Positions 24,707 to 32,730 are shown, counted from the first letter of the stretch. The stretch is 41,359 nt of DNA from Minisyncoccia bacterium (GCA_038247045.1 JBBRVK010000002.1:1-41359), one strand, 5' to 3'. Notes: generated by a model not told the origin, from the sequence alone. Translations and numbers: made by a program.

Positions 24707-25195
24707 TTATTCATCCTTAGAGTAAATGGCTTCAAGCATTTTTTCAGCAAGTAATGATGATCTGGTCTCATCGAGAACATAATTTCTGTTTTTAAAGATT
24801 TTCTCATTTTCTGCAAGAGTAAAATGAAAAGTTTCTCTCTTGTAACAAAATTGTCCGATAAAAACCTTTCCCTCTTTGTAGAATTCACAGCCGGCGAAAT
24901 TATACACAGCCTGACCGTTAGGTGGCTTTAATGAATAAATTACTGCCTTTGGATTATTTATCGAAATTGAATCCAGTGCATTGTACAACTGCGATGGGTA
25001 CAAATCAATATAATAATCATGTTGCTCACTAGGAAATAATTCTGGAGAGACCACAACCTCTGATTTAAAGGTCTGGGGCTTAACATCCTTGGAAGTATCT
25101 TTATGACAACCCTTTATTAGAAAAAAGATTAAAAGTAAAAAGGTTGCAACAAAATACATTTGGGCCGTAATAAGTTTTGAATTTGAATTTCTCAT
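24707..25195 (-). CDS. Hypothetical secreted protein or lipoprotein (162 aa)
   Basis: Hydrophobic N-terminus FVATFLLLIFFLIKGC ends in a lipobox-like Cys. An alternative start exists at Met13. Confidence 0.6.
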   Translation of the reverse strand: MRNSNSKLITAQMYFVATFLLLIFFLIKGCHKDTSKDVKPQTFKSEVVVSPELFPSEQHDYYIDLYPSQLYNALDSISINNPKAVIYSLKPPNGQAVYNFAGCEFYKEGKVFIGQFCYKRETFHFTLAENEKIFKNRNYVLDETRSSLLAEKMLEAIYSKDE

Positions 25196-25226
25196 GATTT
25201 GATTTCTATTTTTTAAGTGAATTATA

Positions 25227-25274
25227 TAAATTAGTTTTTTGAAATTCCATAAAGAACCTCAAAAAACTAATTTA
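25227..25274. promoter_or_regulatory. 5'-leader inverted repeat IR-2 (16-bp arms)
   Basis: taaattagttttttga - 16 nt - tcaaaaaactaattta. The arms share 14 nt with IR-1. A TTGACA box lies upstream at 25340-25345 (minus strand). Confidence 0.55.
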
Positions 25275-25381
25275 TATATACCTAAAAATAAGGGTTTTAA
25301 AGAACAAACATCGCTATATGTTATCACTAATATATATATTGTCAATAGCTAGAATTATCTTAATATCCTTATTAATCAATA

Positions 25382-25416
25382 AAAGGGTCTGATTTTCTCC
25401 GAAAATCAGACCCTTT
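25382..25416 (-). terminator. Terminator (15-bp stem) after the 47-aa ORF
   Basis: aaagggtctgatttt ctccg aaaatcagacccttt. Confidence 0.6.
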
Positions 25417-25422
25417 ATATTT

Positions 25423-25566
25423 TTAGTTCCCCTCTTGAGATTTTGGAAGAGGTATATCATCAAAGGAGGGTAAATTCCCTTGATATTCATGAATTATTTC
25501 CTGATTCATGATGTAGGCCTGCTGTTTTTCAGTCAGAACCTGTTCTTCACCTTGGTCGTTTGTCAT
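25423..25566 (-). CDS. Possible small acidic protein (47 aa), below the ORF-track cutoff
   Basis: Hand translation gives MTNDQGEEQVLTEKQQAYIMNQEIIHEYQGNLPSFDDIPLPKSQEGN*. Bracketed by a promoter-like element and a clean terminator. No SD. Confidence 0.3.
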   Translation of the reverse strand: MTNDQGEEQVLTEKQQAYIMNQEIIHEYQGNLPSFDDIPLPKSQEGN

Positions 25567-25587
25567 AATATGTATTATTTTAAAAGG

Positions 25588-25616
25588 ATTATACGACAAA
25601 TCTTATATTTATACAA
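25588..25616 (-). promoter_or_regulatory. Putative promoter for the 47-aa ORF
   Basis: Minus strand TTGTAT - 17 nt - TATAAT. Confidence 0.4.
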
Positions 25617-25619
25617 CAT

Positions 25620-25641
25620 AAAATCCCCTTACGGGGATTTT
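25620..25641 (-). terminator. Terminator directly after rplE
   Basis: aaaatcccc ttac ggggatttt, 13 nt after the rplE stop. Confidence 0.65.
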
Positions 25642-25653
25642 ATTATCTTTAAT

Positions 25654-26193
25654 TTATTTCTTAAATGGTATACCTATAAGTTCGAAAAATTCAGTTGCTT
25701 CAGGTTTTGTCTTTGCAGATGTAACGATTGTTATACCTAAGCCAAAAACATCCTTCAACTCTTCGTCACCTGTTTCCGGGAAAATAGTATGTTCCTTAAT
25801 ACTCATAGTTAGATTACCGATATTATCAACAATCTTTCTTTCGATACCACGAAAGTCTTTTGTTCGAGGAATAGCAACATTTATTAGCTTATCTAAAAAT
25901 CCGTACATACGAGCACCTCGTAGTGTAACTAATACACCGATTGGGTCACCAATTCTAACTTTGAAACTAGCAATTGATTTTTTAGCTCCACGAGTAGCTG
26001 GCTTTTGACCGGTAATTTTAGAAAGTCTATCCATAACAAATTTGTTACGATCTTTATCGCGTTTAAGACCAGAACCAGTACCAACAGCAACTACAATTTT
26101 CACCAAGCGAGGTGAAGCCATTACGTTTTTGTATCCGTACTTTGCCTTCAATAAACTATATGCTTTCTTTTCTTTTTGTTTTACTGTTTCCAT
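25654..26193 (-). CDS. rplE: 50S ribosomal protein L5
   Basis: 179 aa. PRLVKIVVAVGTGSG...NLTMSIKEHTIFPE. Confidence 0.93.
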   Translation of the reverse strand: METVKQKEKKAYSLLKAKYGYKNVMASPRLVKIVVAVGTGSGLKRDKDRNKFVMDRLSKITGQKPATRGAKKSIASFKVRIGDPIGVLVTLRGARMYGFLDKLINVAIPRTKDFRGIERKIVDNIGNLTMSIKEHTIFPETGDEELKDVFGLGITIVTSAKTKPEATEFFELIGIPFKK

Positions 26194-26202
26194 AATTTTT
26201 TA

Positions 26203-26421
26203 TTAATCTTTTTTAGCTACGTTTGATACATGTATAGGCATAGCGATTTCCAAGATTTGACTCTTATCTCCTTGTTTACGAGATTTGTGAGACTTTTTTC
26301 TCATGTTGACACCTTCAACAACAACCTTATTCTCAGTTGGAATTGCTTTTAAAACTTTGCCCTTCTTTCCTTTATTTGAACCGGCAATAACTATTACATT
26401 GTCTCCTTTCTTTATTTTCAT
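26203..26421 (-). CDS. rplX: 50S ribosomal protein L24 (short form)
   Basis: 72 aa. KOW motif MKIKKGDNVIVIAGSNKGKKGKVLK. Confidence 0.9.
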   Translation of the reverse strand: MKIKKGDNVIVIAGSNKGKKGKVLKAIPTENKVVVEGVNMRKKSHKSRKQGDKSQILEIAMPIHVSNVAKKD

Positions 26422-26456
26422 AATATTTAAATTCTTATTTCGTAATTCCTAATTGC

Positions 26457-26828
26457 TTAGATGACTTCTTGTGCTAAGGAAATAATTTTCTGGAAACCCT
26501 TTTCAGCAAGCTCGCGAGGAATTGGTCCAAAGACACGTCCACCCTTTGGATCCTGTTTGTCTTTTTCTAGAATTACTACAGCGTTATCATCAAAACGAAT
26601 ATAAGATCCATCTTTACGGCGATATGCCTTAACAGTACGGACAACAACAGCCTGACAAACATCCTTTTTCTTAACTCCTTTACGTGGTTCTGCTATCTTA
26701 ACTGAAATGATAACCTTATCACCAATACCTGCATAGCGACGTTTTGAAGAGCCAAGTACTTTGAAGACCTTGCCGACTTTTCCGCCAGCATTATCAGTTA
26801 TATTTACTACTGTTCCGTCTTGAATCAT
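26457..26828 (-). CDS. rplN: 50S ribosomal protein L14
   Basis: 123 aa. MIQDGTVVNITDNAGGK...RVFGPIPREL. Confidence 0.95.
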   Translation of the reverse strand: MIQDGTVVNITDNAGGKVGKVFKVLGSSKRRYAGIGDKVIISVKIAEPRKGVKKKDVCQAVVVRTVKAYRRKDGSYIRFDDNAVVILEKDKQDPKGGRVFGPIPRELAEKGFQKIISLAQEVI

Positions 26829-26834
26829 ATATAA

Positions 26835-27080
26835 TTATGCAATTACTTTAAAATGTTTATCCTTTGAGATTGGCTTTGTTTCCTCTATCTCAACGATATC
26901 TCCGACCTTCTTAACATTGTTCTCATCATGAGCTTTGTAGTTTTTGGTTCTCTTAATACGCTTACCGTATTTTTTATGTTCGATAAATCGAGAAACCTCA
27001 ACGACAATAGTCTTATCCATCTTGTCTGAGATGACTACTCCTTTAAGAACTTTATTTGTTTTTATTATTTTTGCTTCCAT
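26835..27080 (-). CDS. rpsQ: 30S ribosomal protein S17
   Basis: 81 aa. [20 protein letters not shown]...[17 protein letters not shown]. Confidence 0.93.
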   Translation of the reverse strand: MEAKIIKTNKVLKGVVISDKMDKTIVVEVSRFIEHKKYGKRIKRTKNYKAHDENNVKKVGDIVEIEETKPISKDKHFKVIA

Positions 27081-27113
27081 ATTTTTTAAAATTCTATTTG
27101 CTTAAGCAAATGA

Positions 27114-27530
27114 TTATCTAGCTACGATACGAGTTGTTACTGGTAACTTTGTTCCAGCCTTGCGAAGAGCTTCTTTTGCGACAGCATCAGTTACTCCATC
27201 TACTTCAAACAAAACTCTACCTGGTCGAACATCCAAACAATAACCCTGTGGATCTCCTTTTCCTTTTCCCATACCTACTTCTGCAGGTTTAGCTGTAAAA
27301 GGTCTATCAGGGAATACTCTTATCCACATACGTCCAGTCTTGCCAATAGTACGAGATACAACCTTACGAGCTGATTCTAACTGATTTGCACGGACACGTC
27401 CACCACAAGTAGCCTTAAGTCCAAATGAACCAAATGCAACAGTAATACCTCGAGTATCAGGAGTGACTTTCGTCATATCTGTTCTACTTGACTGCCATTT
27501 TCTATATTTTACTTTCTTTGGTGTTAACAT
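27114..27530 (-). CDS. rplP: 50S ribosomal protein L16
   Basis: 138 aa. MLTPKKVKYRKWQ...GMGKGKGDPQGY. Confidence 0.95.
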   Translation of the reverse strand: MLTPKKVKYRKWQSSRTDMTKVTPDTRGITVAFGSFGLKATCGGRVRANQLESARKVVSRTIGKTGRMWIRVFPDRPFTAKPAEVGMGKGKGDPQGYCLDVRPGRVLFEVDGVTDAVAKEALRKAGTKLPVTTRIVAR

Positions 27531-27534
27531 AAAA

Positions 27535-28203
27535 TTATTTTATCTTTTTGATATCATTAAAAACTTCTCCACGGTATATCCAAACTTTAATTCCAATATC
27601 TCCGTATGTCATGTGAGCTTTTTCACGAGCGAAATCAACATCGGCACGGAAAGTCTGTAGAGGAATAGAACCACGCTTGATTTGTTCACTACGAGCAATT
27701 TCAGCGCCACCTAGACGTCCTCCAAGATAAATACGAGCTCCTTTAACTCCACGAGCAGCCATAATTTTTTCAATTGTCTGTTTCATTACGCGACGGAAAG
27801 GAAGACGCTTTTCAAGACCTTCAGCAATCATACATCCGATGATAGCAGCATCAGCATCTGGATTTGCAACTTCAACGATATCAAGCTTGAAATCTTCAGG
27901 AATTAAAACAGTACGTCTTTTCATCATGGAAATTAAATCAGCTTTAAGTTTTGTTGCTCCTTCACCTGAACGGCCGATTATCATACCTGGACGTGATGTG
28001 TAAACCATAACCTTAGTTGCTTTAGCACTTCTATCAATTTCAATTCTTGAAACATAGAAACCACGCAATTTTTTCATTAAAAATTCACGAATAACAACAT
28101 CACTCTTAAGTAAATCTTTGTAATTCTTGTCAGCAAACCAGCGTGATTTCCAATCACGGAGTGTTACTAGTCTATGTGCGTATGGATGGACAACTTTTGA
28201 CAT
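27535..28203 (-). CDS. rpsC: 30S ribosomal protein S3
   Basis: 222 aa. MSKVVHPYAHRL, KH-like IIGRSGEG, GGRLGGAEIARSE. Confidence 0.95.
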   Translation of the reverse strand: MSKVVHPYAHRLVTLRDWKSRWFADKNYKDLLKSDVVIREFLMKKLRGFYVSRIEIDRSAKATKVMVYTSRPGMIIGRSGEGATKLKADLISMMKRRTVLIPEDFKLDIVEVANPDADAAIIGCMIAEGLEKRLPFRRVMKQTIEKIMAARGVKGARIYLGGRLGGAEIARSEQIKRGSIPLQTFRADVDFAREKAHMTYGDIGIKVWIYRGEVFNDIKKIK

Positions 28204-28206
28204 ATA

Positions 28207-28626
28207 TTATTTGGTTTCCTTAACTGCTTTCACAGCTTTGGATTTAACTACTTTTTTAACTTCTTTTACTTCTTTCTTTTCTGCTTTAACTTTTTTGTCA
28301 GAATTTTTTTCAATAAGAGTAAGGACAACGTGACTTGTACGCTTGTTAATACGTGAGGCAGAACCACGGGCTCGTGGCATACTACGCTTCATAACTATGC
28401 CTTTATTAACAGTAACGTTTTCAACGAATAAATCTGCTTCGGAAACACCAGCTTGTTTTGCGTTCGCAACCGCTGAAGCAAGTAGCTTTTCGATAGGATC
28501 AGCTGCACGCTTTGGTAAGCTTCTTAGTTGCGTAAAAGCCTCGAGAACCCTTTTCCCTTTGATTAAGTCTGCTACAAGGCGAACCTTGCGAGGAGACTGT
28601 CTGTAGTTTTTTAAAAATGCTTTCAT
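28207..28626 (-). CDS. rplV: 50S ribosomal protein L22 with a Lys-rich C-terminal tail
   Basis: 139 aa. SPRKVRLVADLIKGKRV...RARGSASRINKRTSHV. Tail KKVKAEKKEVKEVKKVVKSK. Confidence 0.93.
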   Translation of the reverse strand: MKAFLKNYRQSPRKVRLVADLIKGKRVLEAFTQLRSLPKRAADPIEKLLASAVANAKQAGVSEADLFVENVTVNKGIVMKRSMPRARGSASRINKRTSHVVLTLIEKNSDKKVKAEKKEVKEVKKVVKSKAVKAVKETK

Positions 28627-28636
28627 AATAAATTAA

Positions 28637-28987
28637 TTATTTCTTTTTAGTAGTAGAAGCAGTAGCTGCTTTAGCTGATTTAGATGCTGTAATCTCGGCT
28701 TCTTTCTTCTTTGTCTCTAATTCTTTCTGCATCTTACCTCCGTGTCGGACAAATTTTCTAGTTAAAGAGAATTCACCAAGTCTGTGTCCCACCATATCTT
28801 CTCCTACGAGAACTTCTATGTGAGTTTTGCCATTGTGAACTCCAAATACGAAACCTACCATTTCTGGAGAAATAACGCATGCACGTGACCAAGTTTTAAT
28901 AACACCTGTTTCAAGTGGCTTTTTTCCGGCAATTTTTTTCAAAAGCCTTTCGTCTACATATGGTCCTTTTTTAAGTGATCTTGTCAT
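28637..28987 (-). CDS. rpsS: 30S ribosomal protein S19 with a Lys/Ala-rich C-terminal tail
   Basis: [18 protein letters not shown]...[13 protein letters not shown]. The ATG at 28987 is preferred over the TTG at 29008 given by the ORF track. Confidence 0.9.
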   Translation of the reverse strand: MTRSLKKGPYVDERLLKKIAGKKPLETGVIKTWSRACVISPEMVGFVFGVHNGKTHIEVLVGEDMVGHRLGEFSLTRKFVRHGGKMQKELETKKKEAEITASKSAKAATASTTKKK

Positions 28988-29025
28988 ATAGAATATAAAC
29001 AAGCTCAAATGAGCTCGTGACTTCT

Positions 29026-29053
29026 ATACTAGCAAATATAAAAATAAAGTCAA
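29026..29053 (-). promoter_or_regulatory. Restart promoter for rpsS-...-rplE
   Basis: Minus strand TTGACT - 16 nt - TGcTAGTAT (extended -10), directly downstream of the 29062-29111 hairpin. Confidence 0.5.
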
Positions 29054-29061
29054 CACTAAAA

Positions 29062-29111
29062 AATTCCCATACCCGGCATGTGGGACTTCTTTCATGCCGG
29101 GTATGGGAATT
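29062..29111 (-). terminator. Hairpin with a 19-bp perfect stem terminating the toxin-antitoxin unit
   Basis: aattcccatacccggcatg / catgccgggtatgggaatt with a 12-nt loop. Abuts the toxin stop codon and is followed by tttta on the minus strand. Confidence 0.6.
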
Positions 29112-29378
29112 CTAGAAGGATTTATAAATATCCTTACGATGTCCAACTGCAAACAAAATTATATCATCTTCAGACAAACGAAAAATTCCACGATAAGCTC
29201 TTGTTATACGAAAAGAATATACACAATCCCCAGAAAAACCCTTTAATTTCTTAGTATGAAGTTGTGGGTAAAATATATTTTTTATTAAAAATTGTTCTTG
29301 TTTCTGTAAAAAGACCTGCTCTTTTTTAGATAAAATAGCAATATTTTTCTTATAATTCTTGGTTTTTAATAACAACAT
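29112..29378 (-). CDS. Type II toxin, RelE/ParE superfamily
   Basis: 88 aa. ...LHTKKLKGFSGDCVYSFRITRAYRGIFRLSEDDIILFAVGHRKDIY fits the RelE/ParE pattern. Located downstream of an RHH antitoxin gene. Confidence 0.75.
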   Translation of the reverse strand: MLLLKTKNYKKNIAILSKKEQVFLQKQEQFLIKNIFYPQLHTKKLKGFSGDCVYSFRITRAYRGIFRLSEDDIILFAVGHRKDIYKSF

Positions 29379-29427
29379 ATTTTTTAAAATTCTTTATATT
29401 TTGTTATAACACAAAGCAAAAACGATT

Positions 29428-29658
29428 TTATTTGAATTCTTTAAAAGATTCTTCATAAGCTGATAAAATTTCTTTTTTATTGAGATAAATATCTAAATTT
29501 TCTGTAGGCATCTTTGATATTGTTATACCTTGGTTTATTACAAATTGTCGAAGTGAAGCGTTTACAACATCGGCAAGTGAAAGCCCCAAGTCTTTAGCCA
29601 AATCTTGTGCTTGTAATTTCAAATCCTTTTTAGTTTTAATTAAAATCGTTGTATCCAT
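29428..29658 (-). CDS. Type II antitoxin, RelB/DinJ-like ribbon-helix-helix
   Basis: MDTTILIKTKKDLKLQAQDLAKDLGLSLADVVNASLRQFV matches the DinJ/RelB N-terminal pattern. The ATG at 29658 is preferred over the TTG at 29664. Confidence 0.75.
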   Translation of the reverse strand: MDTTILIKTKKDLKLQAQDLAKDLGLSLADVVNASLRQFVINQGITISKMPTENLDIYLNKKEILSAYEESFKEFK

Positions 29659-29665
29659 ATACAAA

Positions 29666-29694
29666 AGTATATACTAATGAATATTTAAAGTCAA
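29666..29694 (-). promoter_or_regulatory. Putative TA promoter with an overlapping palindromic operator
   Basis: Minus strand TTGACT - 17 nt - TATACT. The 10-bp perfect palindrome agtatatact (29666-29675) overlaps the -10. The -10 ends 7 nt before the ATG. Confidence 0.4.
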
Positions 29695-29738
29695 CCCGGA
29701 CACCTATATTATAATAAAAACTTAATTAGAAACTAATT

Positions 29739-30131
29739 CTAAAACACGACACTGAGAACTTTCGGTAAAAAGATTATGAGTCCTATGATTCCAGCAACAA
29801 CAACCGCCAAAAGAACAGCCCCAGCGGCCACATCTTTAGTGTCTTTCGCATAAGGATGGTAGTTAGGTGAGGTTAAATCTATATCAATTTCTATTGCTGT
29901 ATTAAAAGCTTCGGCTATTACAACTAAACCAATAGCAAATACAATAATTGCCCATTCAATAGATGATAAATGTAAAATAATTCCTAAATATACAGCCAAA
30001 ATAGCAAAAAAGATATGTACCCATAAATTATGAGTAGTTTTAAGAAGAACACCTAAACCACGGAAGGCATGGGTCGTGCTATTTAGTCTAGCAACCAATG
30101 AAAACCGTTTTTTTTCTGATATTTTGTTCAT
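29739..30131 (-). CDS. dgkA: Diacylglycerol/undecaprenol kinase (prokaryotic DgkA family)
   Basis: 130 aa, 3 TM segments. EAFNTAIE and AKDTKDVAAGAVLL correspond to E. coli DgkA EILNSAIE and AKDMGSAAVLI. Confidence 0.8.
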   Translation of the reverse strand: MNKISEKKRFSLVARLNSTTHAFRGLGVLLKTTHNLWVHIFFAILAVYLGIILHLSSIEWAIIVFAIGLVVIAEAFNTAIEIDIDLTSPNYHPYAKDTKDVAAGAVLLAVVVAGIIGLIIFLPKVLSVVF

Positions 30132-30178
30132 ATATTAATTATACACCAAAAATAAAATCAGGAAATTCTATATGCAAC

Positions 30179-30204
30179 AAAAAATACCCGTAAGGGTATT
30201 TTTT
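30179..30204 (-). terminator. Terminator directly after rplB
   Basis: aaaaaataccc gtaa gggtatttttt, 13 nt after the rplB stop. Confidence 0.65.
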
Positions 30205-30217
30205 GTGATAGAGAATT

Positions 30218-31069
30218 TTATTTTGCGTTTTTTGTCTTACCAACTTTACGTCTTGAGACAATCCACATGTTTGAATATTTCTTTGGTGTACGTGTCTTCT
30301 GTCCTTTTCCTGATGGCTTACCCCACATAGTCTTTGCACGTCGTAATCCTCTTCCTTGACGGCCTTCACCTCCTCCGTGTGGATGGTCTACTGGGTTCAT
30401 GGCTGTACCACGAACTGTTGGACGAATTCCAAGCCAACGAGAACGTCCTGCTTTACCAATATTTTGAAGTTTAAATTCTGAATTTGAAACTTCACCAATA
30501 CAAGCTAAACAATTTTCTGAAACTTTACGAACTTCTGTTGATGGCATTTTGATATTAGTATAACCATTATCATTAGCCACAACTTGTCCGAATGTTCCAG
30601 CTGAACGAGCAAGCTTACCTCCATTCCCTGGTTTGATTTCTACGTTATAGACGAAAGTTCCAACTGGAATTAGTTTAAGTGGTAGACGATTACCAACAGT
30701 AAGAGGAGCTTTTTCACCAACGATAAAACTATCTCCGACTTTCATTGATTTTGGAATAACAACATAACGCTTTTCGCCATCTGCATAACATACAAGACTG
30801 ATGAAAGCATTACGATTTGGATCATATTCGATTGAAGTTATTTTAGCTGGAATATCGTGCTTGTTATACATGAAGTCAACATCACGATAAAGACGCTTAT
30901 GCCCACCACCTTTATGGCGAACAGTAATACGGCCTTGATTGTTACGTCCAACAGATCTTTTAAAACCATGAGTTAAAGACTTTTCAGGCTCACTCTTAGT
31001 TATTACATTGCGATATGTAACTGTTGTCTGGTGACGCTTTGACGGCGTTGTAGGTTTATATGTTTTCAT
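30218..31069 (-). CDS. rplB: 50S ribosomal protein L2
   Basis: MKTYKPTTPSKRH...GGGHKRLYR...HPHGGGEGR. The ATG at 31069 is preferred over the TTG at 31078. Confidence 0.95.
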   Translation of the reverse strand: MKTYKPTTPSKRHQTTVTYRNVITKSEPEKSLTHGFKRSVGRNNQGRITVRHKGGGHKRLYRDVDFMYNKHDIPAKITSIEYDPNRNAFISLVCYADGEKRYVVIPKSMKVGDSFIVGEKAPLTVGNRLPLKLIPVGTFVYNVEIKPGNGGKLARSAGTFGQVVANDNGYTNIKMPSTEVRKVSENCLACIGEVSNSEFKLQNIGKAGRSRWLGIRPTVRGTAMNPVDHPHGGGEGRQGRGLRRAKTMWGKPSGKGQKTRTPKKYSNMWIVSRRKVGKTKNAK

Positions 31070-31070
31070 A

Positions 31071-31403
31071 TTATGCAAATGCTATCTTATCTCCTTTTTT
31101 CAAATATACGACCGCTTTTTTTCCACCTCTTTTGATTGATTTAACTCCACGACGAACAATTACTTTGTCTTGGATTTTTGTCATCGCAACTCTTGTTGGA
31201 GTTACGCCGTAAATCATTTTGATTGCTTTTTTAACTTCGTTTTTAGTTGCAACAGTTGCGACGTTAAAAGTATAAATACTCTTATCGGCACCAATAGCTG
31301 ATTTTTCTGTAATGCGAGGGCCTTTAATCATTGGATGAGTTTTTGCTTTCACAGTACTATCTACAACTTCTTTTGTATTCTTTTTTGTTTTTGTTGTTGC
31401 CAT
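31071..31403 (-). CDS. rplW: 50S ribosomal protein L23
   Basis: 110 aa. ITEKSAIGADKSIYTFNV...IKMIYGVTPTRV. Confidence 0.92.
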   Translation of the reverse strand: MATTKTKKNTKEVVDSTVKAKTHPMIKGPRITEKSAIGADKSIYTFNVATVATKNEVKKAIKMIYGVTPTRVAMTKIQDKVIVRRGVKSIKRGGKKAVVYLKKGDKIAFA

Positions 31404-31404
31404 A

Positions 31405-32073
31405 TTATTTCTTTTCTATTTTACCACCCAAGAAAGCAATACTTTCAGTTGGCTGTGAGATAATAATATATCGGAAAGAAAGCAGATCAACTGGGTTGAT
31501 ATTGCGAACTTCGTCGACTTCGACTGTTTTGATGTTTGCAAAACTCTTCTTGAGTGTTTCTCCTTTTGCAGGAACTGAAATAAATGTATTTGGTTTTTTA
31601 CCACCAACCATTCTTTCAAATCCTTTAATAGTACTCAAGTCATTCATGATTGAAACGGCATCTTTTGTCTTTATTGCTTTAAGATTTAATTCTTCCACAA
31701 AAAGGATTTCGCCCTTTCTTAATTTTTCAGATAGAACAGTATAGAGAGCTTTCGCTTTCATTTTTTTGTTTATCTTTTGTTCATAACTTTTATCATTGCG
31801 AGGTCCATGAGCAACACCACCACCTATCCAAATAGGTGAACGAGTTGAACCATGACGAGCGCGTCCTGTTCCTTTTTGCTTCCAAGGTTTTCTACCACCA
31901 CCACGAACATCTGAACGGTCTTTTGTATGAGCGATTGGAGTACGAGCATTTGCTTGCATCGCAGTTACAACTTGGTGAACCAAGTCACCATTCCAAGGCA
32001 CACCGAAAATTGATTCAGGAAGTTCAAGCTTACCAACAGTTTTACCTTTTTGATTGTATATTTGTGTTTCCAT
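31405..32073 (-). CDS. rplD: 50S ribosomal protein L4
   Basis: 222 aa. RGGGRKPWKQKGTGRARHGSTRSPIW. Confidence 0.95.
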   Translation of the reverse strand: METQIYNQKGKTVGKLELPESIFGVPWNGDLVHQVVTAMQANARTPIAHTKDRSDVRGGGRKPWKQKGTGRARHGSTRSPIWIGGGVAHGPRNDKSYEQKINKKMKAKALYTVLSEKLRKGEILFVEELNLKAIKTKDAVSIMNDLSTIKGFERMVGGKKPNTFISVPAKGETLKKSFANIKTVEVDEVRNINPVDLLSFRYIIISQPTESIAFLGGKIEKK

Positions 32074-32078
32074 ATAGA

Positions 32079-32717
32079 TTATCCGATTATTTCTACGAGC
32101 GTTCCACGTCTTCCTGGAATCGCACCCTTAATAAGCAATTGGTTATTCTCGACATCAACACCAACAATTTCCAAGTTTCGAACTGTAATACGGTCGTTAC
32201 CAGTGCGGCCTCCCATGCGCATTCCCTTTGGAACTTTGTTACGAAGACCTCCACCGATAGAACCTGGTTCACGTTCAGAATGTTTCTGACCGTGAGAACG
32301 TGGTCCTCCATGGAATCCATGACGCTTCACAACGCCTTGAAAACCTTTTCCTTTTGAAATTCCAGAAACAGTAACAACATCACCTTTTGCGAATGCAGAA
32401 ACTGTAATTCTGTCTCCAACTGTCATTTCTTCTATATCTCGAAATTCTCGAAGATGTTTATAGGCTGCTGCTTGAGCAGTTGCTCCTTCTTTACCTTCCA
32501 ATGTGGATGGCTTTACATGTCCAAGATGCGCTTTCGTTGCGCGACTTTCTTTTTGTTCTTCGAAGGCTACTTGCACTGCAACGTAACCATCTGTATCAGG
32601 TGCTTTTATTTGAGTAACTACAAGTGGACCGGCTGAAATAACAGTAGTTGGTACCACTTTGCCATCATCTAGAAAGCACTGCATCATATGCTGTTTTTTA
32701 CCAAGGATAAATTTCAT
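32079..32717 (-). CDS. rplC: 50S ribosomal protein L3
   Basis: 212 aa. GKGFQGVVKRHGFHGGPRSHG. Confidence 0.95.
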   Translation of the reverse strand: MKFILGKKQHMMQCFLDDGKVVPTTVISAGPLVVTQIKAPDTDGYVAVQVAFEEQKESRATKAHLGHVKPSTLEGKEGATAQAAAYKHLREFRDIEEMTVGDRITVSAFAKGDVVTVSGISKGKGFQGVVKRHGFHGGPRSHGQKHSEREPGSIGGGLRNKVPKGMRMGGRTGNDRITVRNLEIVGVDVENNQLLIKGAIPGRRGTLVEIIG

Positions 32718-32730
32718 AAAATTAATTCGA

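Noticed and set aside
25480-25740. 86-aa plus-strand ORF
   Set aside because: It overlaps the rplE 3' end, the rplE terminator and the better-supported minus-strand 47-aa ORF. Its translation is hydrophobic and low-complexity, typical of AT-rich antisense frames.
22797-30217. Integron, transposon or prophage explanation for the two operon-splitting insertions
   Set aside because: No integrase, transposase, recombinase or phage structural ORF is visible in or next to either insertion, and no clear direct repeats flank them. Mobility is therefore inferred only from the repeat elements and the broken synteny.
30139-30369. 76-aa ORF overlapping the 3' end of rplB
   Set aside because: It is in a different frame inside the highly conserved L2 C-terminus and spans the rplB terminator. 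It is a shadow ORF.
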